A stretch of 64,000 bases of DNA from Octopus vulgaris (Eukaryota). Both the position numbers and the translations under genes were made by a program. Where the stretch lies: assembly GCA_951406725.2 (NCBI GenBank), contig OX597821.1, positions 1,364,001 to 1,428,000 of the forward strand, written 5' to 3'. This document shows, piece by piece, positions 13,158 to 25,429 of the stretch; within the stretch, counting starts at the first letter, position 1; every line of letters starts with the position of its first letter. The notes under the pieces were generated by a model. The model had not been told where the DNA came from, ran no database searches, and saw only the letters and a program-made list of their open reading frames with translations.

Positions 13158-13455
13158 TAATAACAACAACAACAACAACAATAATAATAATAATTAATGC
13201 CCTAATGCAGTACCAGGCAGTGGCAATCATGGCTTCTGATCTTAACTGACAGGAAGTGTTATCATGTACATTGTTTTGTCTTGGTATAAAATATGGGCTA
13301 CAGCAAATATTCTGCTCAATACCACAGACTTGCTTGTCAGTTGTTTGACCTTAACCAGTTGAGCAAGTCCCTTAGTGGCTGACGATATGTGCATCTCTGA
13401 TCTCTACACACCCACTCCTACGTCTATATATATATATTATATATATATATATATA

Positions 13456-16193
13456 TAAAACTTAGATAAAACTTAGATATGTTTCGACCAGAGATTGGTC
13501 CAGGCCATGTCTAACTTAATAGCACCACCTGATAGGATTATTCGAATCCTGTTTAAGTCAAGTTTTGTTCAAGTAGTGAGTTCTTGTTGGGTGAGTTGTA
13601 TCCAGTTTTGTTCAAGTAGTGAGTTCTTGTTGGGTGAGTTGTATCCAATTATGGGTGGCTTGTCTGGTATTCTTTGAAGGAATCTATCCAGACTCTGTTT
13701 GAAGTTGATGGGATCCTTTTCCTCTTTGATCTCCCTCGGGACAATGTTAAATAGGGCAGGGCCTGTTGAGGAAAAGAAATTATGTTGCAGTGTACATGTA
13801 TGTTGTGATCTTGAATTTGGCAGGGGACGTATAGCCCGTGGTCCAAGTCTCGGATGAACCTTGAAGCTAATGTTTAGGTCGTTTGGGCAAAGTTGGCGGT
13901 ATATTTTCCACATCGTACAAATGATGTACCGCTCACGGCAACGCTAGAGGGAGTAAAGTTTCAAGGCTTTAAGGCGATCCCAATAGTCGAGAGCAGCCAT
14001 GCCTTCAATTTGTTTAGTAAGAGCCCTCTGGGGTGACTCAATTCTGGAGATGTTTTGTCTTGTGTGAGGAGACCACAGTGGGCAGCAGTATTCAAGGTGT
14101 GGCCGTACAAAGGATGAAAAAAGTGGTATGATGACACCTTGTTCTCTGGACCGGAAAGTTCTTAAGATCCAGGAACTCATCCTACGAGCTGTATCGACCT
14201 TCTTGTTGATGTGTGCACTCCAACTGAGATCGTCATCAACAATTACACCCAGGTCTCTGATATTGTTAGAGGCTGTGAGCGGTTCCCCTGAAGGAAGAGA
14301 GTATGGTTGTTTTAGTGGGGAATTTCTTCCAAAATGCATCAGCTCAAATTTTCCCTCATTCAGTTGCATTTTGTTTCTGTCTGCCCATTGACTCACAGCA
14401 TATAGGTCAGACTGGAGTTGAGTTCGGTCTGCTTCTTCATTGACGATTTGCTGGAGCTTAGTGTCATCAGCGAATATTTTCACTTTGCAGTGATGTACGA
14501 CACTGGAAAGGTCGTTTACATAAATTATGAAGAGTAGCGGACCCAAAACAGTTCCCTGGGGAACACCGCTGGTGACTTTTGCTGGGTTTGAGTGGACTCC
14601 ATCAACTACAACATGTTGTGTTCTATTCGCTAGGAAACACTGAATCCAGTGTAGAACTTTTCCACGGATTCCAACATTTGCCAATTTTGAGAGTTGGATG
14701 TTATGGTCTACCCTGTCGAACGCTTTACTGAAGTCAAGGTATATGACGTCAGAGTTCGAACCTGTTCCCAAGGCTTTGAGTACATCTTCAATGTGGTGTA
14801 AGAGCTGTGTTAGACAGTCCCTGCCACAGCGAAAGCCATGTTGATTTGAATTTAGGAGTTTGTGGGTCTTCAGGAAGTCAGCTATCCTTGATCTTAACAC
14901 TCTTTCAAACACTTTAATGATGTGGGAGGTGAGTGAGATTGGGCGATAGTTGACTGCGAGGGATCTGTTTCCCTGTTTGAAAACCGGGATGACCGACTGG
15001 GATAGAAACTTTTTCGGTATATAACCTGCGTCTAACGAGTTTCTCCAGAGGTTGGTCAGAGGGACTGCAAGTTGGTGTCTATATTCCTTCAGGAGACTGG
15101 CGGGAAATCTATCAGGGCCTACAGCGGAGTAATGTTTGACCTCATTTATTGCTGCTACGATGTCGGTGGCAGTGAAGGTTATGTCTGCGATTTTGTGTTG
15201 GGAGTCAGCTTCGTTCGTTTCCCTCACATCAATATCAGTGGGAACACTGAAGACAGAGCAATATTGTTTCTGCAGTATTTCTGCCATTTCTTTAGCATCG
15301 TGTTGGGGAATGCCGTTTTCATCAATCAATGGCCCAATAGGTGAGACAGTGGTTCTATGCTTATTTGCATAAGAATAGAACACTTTTGGGTTCTGTTTGA
15401 TGTTTTTGATTACCCATTGTTCCTCCACAGCTCTTTGATTTTCAATGGAGGTTTTCATGTTAGTCTGCAGATGAAGTTTTTCCAGCTCTAGTCTTTTCAT
15501 TGTTGTTGAATGTGGATGTTGCGTGTGGGAATATTTTAATTGGTTGATTTTTTTGTTGAGTCTTTTGATGCGCCTGATGAGTGTTTTTTTCTTTTTAGGG
15601 AGCCGGTTTCTGTTTGTGTTAGTAGATTTCTTGGGAGCGTGTTTAGAGCATGTGTCGGTGACAATGGTTTCAAAGTGCTGCCACGCGGTCTCAATATGAG
15701 GGGAATTGAGAGTAAAAGACCAGTCGATGGAAGATAGATCCTTTCTGATTGTTCCCCAGTCCGCTTTGTGGAAATTTATGTTGTCAAATGGGTGCCATGG
15801 AGTGGGATTGGCTGGTTTGGTTTTTATACGTCGGGAATTAAGATTGCAGAGTACCATGTCGTGGTCTGAGAGGAGAGTTTTTTCGACTGAAATGCTGTGA
15901 ACGTAGCTAGAGTGATTGGTCAGTACCAGATCCAAGATCGTTTTATTCTGTCTCGTTGGTTCAAGCACTAGCTGAGTCAGGAAATACTCATCCATCAGAT
16001 TAAAGAGCAGTTCTGCTGCTGCCCTATCTGATGTAGAGCACTTGCCTAACTTCGGAGTATTTGTGGGCCAGTTCACATGAGGGAGGTTAAAATCACCCAT
16101 CACTATTATGTTTCCGGAGTGGTACTTCCGCTGGAAGGACTTGACTTTGCTAAGGCACTCTTCAAAGTACTTTAGAGGTGCCTGGGGAGGCCT
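13456..16193 (-). mobile_element. CR1/L2-group LINE, 5'-truncated, inserted in (TA)n
   Basis: APE remnant plus RT ORF; 3' tail with hairpin and tandem TATCTAAGTTT repeats. Confidence 0.92.
13569..16103 (-). pseudogene. LINE ORF2 (APE C-terminus + reverse transcriptase), one premature stop at 13944-13946
   Basis: MGDFN, LDL, SDH, NYRPISLTS, QHGFR, YLDFSKAFD, GVPQGTVLGP, FADD; the in-frame ORF 13569-13913 continues after the stop. Confidence 0.92.
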
Positions 16194-16194
16194 A

Positions 16195-16281
<87 letters not shown>

Positions 16282-16829
16282 GAAATGAGGTAATCAGAAG
16301 ATCTGAGTGGGGAGCATCATAGCCGTGTGTTGAGAAGGATTCTTTGGCATTTGAATAATTCACCTCTGGAAACATGAGTGGTTCTTTCAACATCCTTAAA
16401 TAACCTTTATTCAGGGACCTTTTGAGCGGGATGGGCTACTCAAACTGAAGAAAATTCTAACTGGGCCCCACCTGCAAGGTCATGAGCTGTTTATCTTGAT
16501 ATGAGATCACCATGTCGCGCACATATGGTTGTGATGCATCTGCCTGGTGTACCCTTATCAGACGGGTAGTCATGATGGGTATACTGGGCTTCGTATATTT
16601 TACCCCAGTGTCACTTTGATGGCATGAACTGCTCTCTCACTCAATAATAATAATAATAATTGTTGTTGTTATTATTATTATGCTTTTCATCATTTCGTGG
16701 TTGATAAAATAAGTACCACTTGAGCACTTTGGTCCATCTTTTCGACTTTCTCTCCTCCTCGAAATTGCTGGCGTTGTGCAAAAATTTGAAATCATAATTT
16801 TTATTATTATTATTTTCTTTTTACCACAG

Positions 16830-17600
16830 ATTTTGTTGGAACTCCTGGAGTCTTGCATACTAGCGGGCTTACTACTTGCAGCCTACTGTACCTTGCTATC
16901 CGTTATTTTCAGCCATCTAATAATTTCCTAATCATTCTTGCCGTATCGAGGAGGCAAACCTTTTGTAACAGTTCTCCTGGGTACTCTATTCCAATTTCCT
17001 TTATTTTCCCCATGATGACTTCTGATACTGTCCCCAAGAGGCCAACAATAATTGGCCACTCTCTTCGCCTTCTTCATTTTCCATAACCGGGGTATTTCGT
17101 ACTTATAAGCGTTGTACTTATTTATTTTTCGCCCTCCTTCTTGACTATTTGGGGGTCAAAGGGGGACGCAACAGCAACTATAGAGCACATGTAATGAAGC
17201 TTGTCGATCACCACGAGGACCGGTCCGTTATCCTCTAGCACCTGTTCTGTTTGGATTGGGAAATCGCAGGGATTTTGCTAGTCTCCGACTCCACCACACT
17301 CTGCGGTTTGTGCTCAGACCACGTCTTGCCCTTTTCTAGCCCCCACTTTTCGCACAGTTTCCAATGTAGCATTTTCGCTACCCGATCGTGTTGCCACAAA
17401 TTGTAGAGGTTTTGGACAACTCTAGAGCTTTCGTCCGTGATATGGGCAATGGATTCATCCACTCTATCGCCGATGCGACACAGCGGAGACACTTGCTCAT
17501 TCCAAGGTTGACCCTCCAGTCCGTGGCCAAAGTTTGGTCTGTTCGCAGCTAGTATAGTGCTTTGGGTTTCTTTTTTAGGGTTCCTTTCTTCAGCCAATCC
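16830..17600 (-). mobile_element. R4/Dong-type RLE LINE 3' fragment, degraded
   Basis: SPLCR..ESIAHI..HDRVAKMLHWKLC and PIIVGLLGTV...LLQKVCLLDTARMIRKLLDG*; TAA-type tail near 16802-16815. Confidence 0.8.
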
Positions 17601-17926
17601 CACCTATGTTTTCCAACAACTTCTTTTGTGGCTACAAATCCAAATTACGGAATTGTATTTACTATTTATATTTCCCCTGTATTTTCTTGCTATCTATCGG
17701 TGATGGGGGACAAACACGGACAAAAGAACACACATACAGAGATTTATACACACACACATACATTAGTTTTGATTTCTTTTTCACTGATTTTTGCTACAAC
17801 GTTTCGTAACGCCGTAGAATGTGGTATTGGCTAGTAAAAAAACATTTAATATACTTTACAGTATATTGTGCTTGCATAACGAAATACCACGCACCTACGA
17901 ATCATTAATATATACATACACCCCAT

Positions 17927-17959
<33 letters not shown>

Positions 17960-17975
17960 GTATATACATATATAC

Positions 17976-18045
<70 letters not shown>

Positions 18046-18067
18046 ATATCTATATATATATATATAT

Positions 18068-18269
18068 AAAGTTAATCCAAACAAGAAACACAAAATAAAC
18101 ACAACAACACGAGGACGTGGAACAAATAAAGTATTAATGGACGCTCAGGAAAGAAGGGAAGAAGGAGGGTTTAACGTTGCGAGCGGAGCTCTTCGTCGGA
18201 AACATAGGAGAAGGAAAGATCCCGAGAAGGGAAGACAGAGGAAAAAAATCGCCAGCGGTACTCACGAGG

Positions 18270-18272
<3 letters not shown>
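18068..18272 (-). mobile_element. TA-flanked short element with degenerate minimal hammerhead (18169-18203)
   Basis: Minus strand GTTT-CCGACGA-A-GAGC(TCC)GCTC-GCAA-CG-TT-AAAC; two core substitutions. Confidence 0.6.
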
Positions 18273-18324
<52 letters not shown>

Positions 18325-18478
18325 TACAACTTATAAATAAGGGCAAACGCAAAAATTCCTAATGCCAAATATGCCGAAAATTGGATATATTGTCCATTTA
18401 CCATATAATTTTTCTCCCAGTACGCACGCTACTCGAAAAAAGGTCGACAGAAATCTCTAAAAAATTCCATTATTACCA

Positions 18479-18532
18479 TATCGGACCGATTTCAGGCTTA
18501 GTTCAAAAAGAACCCTCCATTCGTCAGTGATA
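18479..18532 (-). ncRNA. Hammerhead motif, family F copy 1 (element about 18335-18630)
   Basis: TATCA-CTGACGA...AGG..CCT-GAAA-TCGG-TC-CGATA. Confidence 0.6.
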
Positions 18533-19239
18533 CATGTGGCAAAGAAGTAAATGAGATACTTACTTATACCCATGGAAAAAGCAAACACTAAGTCATGAGC
18601 ACAACTAAGTACCCCAAATACATCCAAAATAGAAATACTCCAGCCCATTCAAGACATGTGCGATTTGAACTGAGGCACTCGCAGAGTGGGAGAGTCCGGA
18701 AGTGAACACTATTAAATTTATATCTAATGTAGGATAACATTTTTTCGAAATGTAAATATGGTTTCTTCTTTTTTTGCTTGGACACTGGCTTTTAACTATA
18801 GGTTTCCTTTATCTGAAAAGTAATTTTTAATGAAAAAAATTTCTAAACGATGAACTTTTATCTTACCTTATATATTATATATTACTTATTTATATGCTTC
18901 CTATATATATGTATTTATATATATATATATATTATATATCTATATATTTATATATTGATATTAATATATTTTTACGTATTTACTATTCTAGGTGTTGTAA
19001 TGTTTTTAAAAAAATATATATTTCTTAATCGCTAAAATATTAACTTTTAACCGTGATGAACTGTATTCACACATTTTCCTTGCATTTTCTTATATGCTTG
19101 TACTGATGAGTTATGTTTCATCTTCTGTGATGTTATACATGTATATTCTATGTGAAAGAAAAAGAATTATGTGATTAAATGTTCGAGATATGAAATGTTA
19201 CGTGGATGACCTTGTATTTACTTGTTCTGCAACCATAGC

Positions 19240-19288
<49 letters not shown>

Positions 19289-19657
19289 GACTACTTCCAG
19301 TTTCCGACTACCAAATCCACTCACATGAATTTGGTCAGCCCGAGTCTATAGTGGAAGTCACTTTCCCAAGATACCACACAGTAAGACTGAACCCGGAACC
19401 ATGTGGTAGGGAAGCAAGCTAATCGCCACACAGCTACGCCTGCGTCTAGTTCATTGATTCCTAAGTATTTATTCGTGTGTTCTGTTTAATTCCCTAATCT
19501 TTGTTTCTTATCCATTATGATATTAGTGCTCTTAATTACTTTTCCTGTCTTTTATGTTGCATTGTTTTAATTAATCTGTAATTGCCAAGTTTGCATTATT
19601 TTTTTTTATTTTACTTTTGTTCCATTTCCAACGTAATTCCCGAAGCAAATTTGCTTT

Positions 19658-19781
19658 GATCTCTTCTCTCGTTTCAGAAGAGTCACCTTTCAAGCTGGAT
19701 CTCTTCTCTCGTTTCAGAAGAGTCACCTTTCAAGCTGGATCTCTTCTCTCGTTTCAGAAGAGTCACCTTTCAAGCTGGATC
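19658..19781. repeat. 40-bp perfect tandem repeat x3
   Basis: GATCTCTTCTCTCGTTTCAGAAGAGTCACCTTTCAAGCTG three times. Confidence 0.95.
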
Positions 19782-19829
19782 CCTTTGTAAACAAAAAGAT
19801 AGACGCAGCAGCAAACTTCGGAGTGTAGT

Positions 19830-19990
19830 GTCGGTTGGCTGTGTGGTAAGAAGCGTGCTTACGAACTACATGGTTCCAGGTTCAGTCCCACTGCGTGGCA
19901 CCTTGGGTAAGTGTCTTCCTCTATAGCCTCGGTCTGACCAAAGCCTTGTGAGGGGATTTGGTAGACGGAAACTGAAAGAAGCCCGTCGTA

Positions 19991-20061
<71 letters not shown>

Positions 20062-20235
20062 ATGTTTGAGTGTCTGTGTTCGTACCCCCAACATCGCTTG
20101 GCAACCAACGATGGTTTGTTTACGTCCCCGTAACTTAGCGGTGCAAAAGAGACCGATTTGGGGGCGATTTACTCGACTAAAGGGGTGCTCCAGCATGGCC
20201 GCAGTCAAATGACTGAAACAAGTAAAAGAGAGAGA
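19830..20235 (+). mobile_element. SINE family 1
   Basis: Head, internal microsatellite and tail matching 22296-22827. Confidence 0.8.
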
Positions 20236-20545
20236 ATGATATATACATATATGTATGTGTTTGTATATATATATATATATATATATCAAATGTGAGGATA
20301 AAATTATTCTCGAAAAAAAATATATTTTCTCGAAAAAAATTTTATCAATGGCCAGCATATTAAAAAATACCTTTAACGGTTAAATTTATAAACAATTCGT
20401 AAATGAGGGCAAAGAGAAAAAATTTCTAATGCCAAATATGCCGAAAAATTGGACATATTGTCCATTAACCATATAATTTTTTCACAATACGCACGCTACT
20501 CGAAGAAAGGTCGACAGAAATTTCTAAAAAATTCCATTATTACCA

Positions 20546-20598
20546 TATCGGACCGATTTCAGGGTTAGCTACTAAGAGCCCTCTCTTCGTCAGTGATA
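20546..20598 (-). ncRNA. Hammerhead motif, family F copy 2 (element about 20290-20700)
   Basis: TATCA-CTGACGA-AGAG-AGGG...CCCT-GAAA-TCGG-TC-CGATA. Confidence 0.6.
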
Positions 20599-20713
20599 CA
20601 TGTGGCAAAGAGGTAAATGAGATACTTATTTATACCCATGGAAGAAGCAAATACTAAGTCATGGGCACAACTAAGTACCCCAAATACATCCAAGATAAAT
20701 TCCATTTATGAAT

Positions 20714-20782
<69 letters not shown>

Positions 20783-21254
20783 TACATGTGTTTGTGTGTA
20801 TCACGTATATAATCCTTTCTACCAAAGGCACATGGCCTGATATTTTCGGGGAGAAGAATAGTCGTTTACGTCGACCCTAGTGTTTTACTGGTACATAATT
20901 TATCAAGCCCGGAAAGATGAAAAGCAAAGTCGACCTCGGCGGGATTTGAAGTCAGAAAGTGAAGACTGAGAAAATCCCTATTTCTTTACTTACCCCCAAG
21001 GGGCCAAACACAGAGGGGACAAACAAGGACAGACAAACGGATTAAGTCGATTATATCGACTCCAGTGCTTAATTGGTACTTATTTAATCGACCCCGAATT
21101 TTTAATCCACTCACAAGGCTTTGGTCGTACCGAGGCTATAGTAGAAGACACTTACCTAAGGTGCCACGTGGTGGGACTGAACCCGGAACCATGCGGTTCG
21201 TAAGCAAGCTACGTACCACACAGCCACTCATACATACATACATACATACATACA

Positions 21255-21285
<31 letters not shown>

Positions 21286-21658
21286 GCACATATATACGTA
21301 CATATATAATACATTTTTCACTTTACGCATTGGGCAAATTCAGTGAATAAAAGATGTCCTATATGGTCAATTGTTGTGTTAGAAATAACAACTAAAGCCT
21401 TCGTAAACTTGATTACAAAAACGGATAATCTGAGGAGCACAATCCTGCGTATAAAAGAACGTATCGAAATGACGATAACCTAAATGCCTTTCATCATAGG
21501 TGTGTTTGATTAAGGCAGACCTCGACTTTCAGAACGACAACAACAACCACATACATAAAATCCTAAATAAGTTTCCTTGTTCGGTTGTGAATTTTTTATA
21601 ATTATTTCATCATTGCTTCATTTTCGTCATCATCATAACCACCACTACTACTACCACC

Positions 21659-21760
<102 letters not shown>

Positions 21761-22184
21761 ACTACTGCTGCGGGTGCTGCCACCACCACCACCACTACCA
21801 TTATTATTATTATTATTATTAATTAGCAGCACGAACATGAAACAACAATCGATGACATCATTTCTCTCCTACGTACGTCCATATCGCTTCCGACTCTCCT
21901 CCTCCGCTTCATCACTTCAGCAAATCCACCATGTTGTAATTGCTTGCTGCATTTGTCAATGTAAGGAAACGATCAATCACATTGTTTTTTGTTCTGGTTA
22001 CCTGTTCTACTTTGGTTTCAAAAGGAACACAACACGCTGCCCAGCCACGACTGAGCTAAGAACTATATGGGACATTGATCTATATTGGCGAGCGACACGA
22101 TTACAACGAGCGGACATTTTCATTTCAATGTCTAATAAGTTTCCCTACATGCATGCATGCATACATACATACATGTATATATGC

Positions 22185-22225
<41 letters not shown>

Positions 22226-22229
22226 AACA

Positions 22230-22282
<53 letters not shown>

Positions 22283-22295
22283 ATATATATATATA

Positions 22296-22457
22296 GGTGC
22301 AGGAGTGGCTGTGTGGTAAGTAGCTTGCTTGCCAACCACATGGTTCCGGGTTCAGTCCCACTGCGTGGCACCTTGGGCAGGTGTCTTCTACTATAGCATG
22401 GGGCCGACCAAAGCCTTGTGAGTGGATTTGGTAGACGGAAACTGAAAGAAGCCCGTC

Positions 22458-22508
<51 letters not shown>

Positions 22509-22827
22509 TAATGCAATACTAGAGTATTGCTTTCCAGTAAAGAATAGCCCGTGAGGGAAAAATATATTTATTTCTTTGTATATATATATATATATATATA
22601 TATGCGTGTGTGTGTTTGTGTGTCTGTGTTTGCCTCCCTAGCATTGCTTGACAACCGATGTTGGTGTGTTTATGTCCCCGTTACTTAGCGGTTCGGCAAA
22701 AGAGACCGATAGAATAAGTACTGGGCTTACAAAAGAATAAGTCCCGGGGTCGAGTTGCTCGATTAAAGGCGGTGCTCCAGCATGGTCGCAGTCAAATGAC
22801 TGAAGCAAGTAAAAGAGTAAAGAGTAA
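22296..22827 (+). mobile_element. Full-length tRNA-derived SINE family 1 with LINE-like 3' tail
   Basis: A box TGGCTGTGTGG, B box GGTTCAGTCC, internal TA/TG tract, tail GGCGGTGCTCCAGCATGG...TAAAGAG. Other copies at about 4380, 19283, 21100, 38538, 41570, 43275, 46775. Confidence 0.85.
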
Positions 22828-23106
22828 TATACACACACACACACACACATATATATATATTTTCATCTGTGTATATGTATACATGCCTGTATATATGTAC
22901 ACGTAACTAAATGTGGATTGTTGACGATTTTTTCCCACCATTTTCTTTTTGTCTTGGACTTTCCTCTGTCTTCTGTTTCTGAAGAAGTGTTTTGTAAAAC
23001 ACCTTTGCATGTAGCACGTTTTTTTTCTTGCTGTGTTTTTCTCCTTTTTTGGGGTGGGGGGGAGTGGGGATTACGTATACATTTATATATATGAATATAT
23101 ATATGA

Positions 23107-23158
<52 letters not shown>

Positions 23159-23322
23159 TTAGCTAACAAGCTAACAAACTTTTTAAAAAACCTTTTATAA
23201 AACTGTGCATCATTAGAGAACTTTTGAAGTCTGCTTACAATCTAACTTTGCTTTTTATAGAACTCTCTTCGATACTTCATGAGTGTAGCCTCACCCCCTA
23301 GGATGTTTGGAAAACTCATATG

Positions 23323-23415
23323 TGTTTGGCTGATGAATACGGGACACTTGTATTTGCTGCAATAGTTGCAGCTTTTAATAAAGCTGTTCTTCGTATGAAA
23401 CAATTGTACTGAACA
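23323..23415 (+). ncRNA. Type I hammerhead ribozyme in TA-flanked element 23158-23450
   Basis: TGTTTGG/CTGAACA stem I (wobbles), CTGATGA, ATACG/CGTAT stem II, GAAA, CAATTG, GUA site. Confidence 0.8.
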
Positions 23416-23447
23416 ACTAATCCATTCTTGTTGCTTTTTTATTGTTT

Positions 23448-23518
<71 letters not shown>

Positions 23519-23548
23519 AATATATATATATATATATAATATATATGA

Positions 23549-23591
<43 letters not shown>

Positions 23592-23772
23592 CATATTTGT
23601 ATACATACATGTGTCTGTGTATATGGTTCTACATTCATATTTGTTCGTTTTCTGTACATCCGTCTATGTAAACATATGCAAATGCACAAATAAGCAATAT
23701 GCAATCACATATTCATACATATACATCATTTACGTGTGCATATTTGTGCGTATATATATACTTGTGAGTATG

Positions 23773-23847
<75 letters not shown>

Positions 23848-25429
23848 TATGCTTTTCTAATCAGGGCACAAGGCCCGAAATTTTTGAGGAGGGTCCAGTC
23901 GATTTTATCGACTCCAGTAAGCAACTGGTACTTAAGTTATCGACCCCGAAAGGATGAAAGGTAAAGTCGACCTCGGCGGAATTTGAACTCAGAACGTAAA
24001 TACAAATGAAACACTCCTAAGCATTTCGCCCGGCGTGCTAACGTTTCTATTGAAATATCTATCTCGATCTATATATGTGTACATATCTCTCTAGGCTCAT
24101 AAACACAGGGATATATAATTGTGTGCGTATCCGTGTATGTAAGCGTATGTGTATATGTGTATGAATGCTTGTGTCCGTATGTGTGTGTGTTTGTGCTTAT
24201 GTGTGTTTTTGTGTGTGTTCTTTTGTGCATGTATATGTGTGTTTGTGGAAACGACAGGTGTACTACACAGTGATAGTTTTATATAAAATCTATGACAAAC
24301 TTAGGAGCATGTATTTTTAGTAGATTCAGACTTTTACGATCACTAGGAAAAAAATGTAGTCACCGTCGTTTAATGACGTTTTTTTTTCTCTTGCTCTGTT
24401 CACAACAAGGGAGATAGGTTGTGGCAGAAACAAAATCAATATAGTCGCGCGCACTCTCGTACTTTGCTGCTTCTGAATAGATTTCATGAATCCATTTTGA
24501 CGAAATGCAATGTTTATTGCTCCAAATATTGCTTTCGCCGCATCTGGTGATTGTGTTTGGTGGGTTTATGATCGTTGAGTCGAATACTTACGGACAAGTG
24601 GAATATCCATAAAGATTCAATAAAGTTGAATATCTCATGACATGGGTGTCACTGATATATTTGATCTGAAAAAAATTCGATTGTTCCATTACACTGTATA
24701 ACAATTTTGTCTTCTCTTTGGTTAGTAAGTGTTATTTACTATTTGCTTCTGTCTAGAAATCAGAGAAAATGATTAATATTCCCAACAAACTTTGCTTTTG
24801 TGACCTTGACATCTGTTTAAAACTGAAAATATTTTCCATTACATTTCAGACAGATTCAGCGCTGAGTTGCTGAAGCAGAAATATCGTTATAGGAAATATT
24901 CTGTTCAATACCACAAATGTGTGTGTCAGTTGATTGATCTTAACCACTTGAGCAAGTTTCGGATCATTCGCAGGAGTAATGGAGAAGCATCATAGTTATT
25001 TGTTGAAGGATTCTTTGGGGTTGGATGAATGTAACTAAAGAAAAGTTTGATGAAAATATTAGACATTTTTCATACTTTCTTGGGGTAAGCAAATGGAAAT
25101 AGCAGTTGCTACCAAGGACAAAAATGGTGTTACACAGGGTCATTCGTTTCCGGCTAATGAAGCGACTAGCAGTCATTTTAATGGGCCATCTTGATCGTAG
25201 AATTACCGTCACATGCCATCTTAATATTTAAAGTTAGTTGGAGATATTTATATCTCAGAAGATATAAATATTTATATGTCAAAGGGGCCTGGTAGAATAC
25301 CTACTAGACTTAAATTCTAAGGTCAATACGGTATCCTAGAATGGCGGCAGTCCAATGTTTGAAACAAATAGAAAGTAACAGTAATAATAGACGCCACAAC
25401 ATCACCAATGTCTAATGACTTAACCAAGT

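Noticed and set aside
13460-13510. Hammerhead-like fold at the LINE 3' end (hairpin plus GAAAC)
   Set aside because: CUGAnGA is absent; better explained as the LINE 3' recognition stem-loop.
19095-19205. CTGATGA...GAAA candidate hammerhead
   Set aside because: Stems I and III could not be closed convincingly; possibly decayed.
19658-19781. CRISPR-like array
   Set aside because: No spacers; head-to-tail tandem in eukaryotic DNA.
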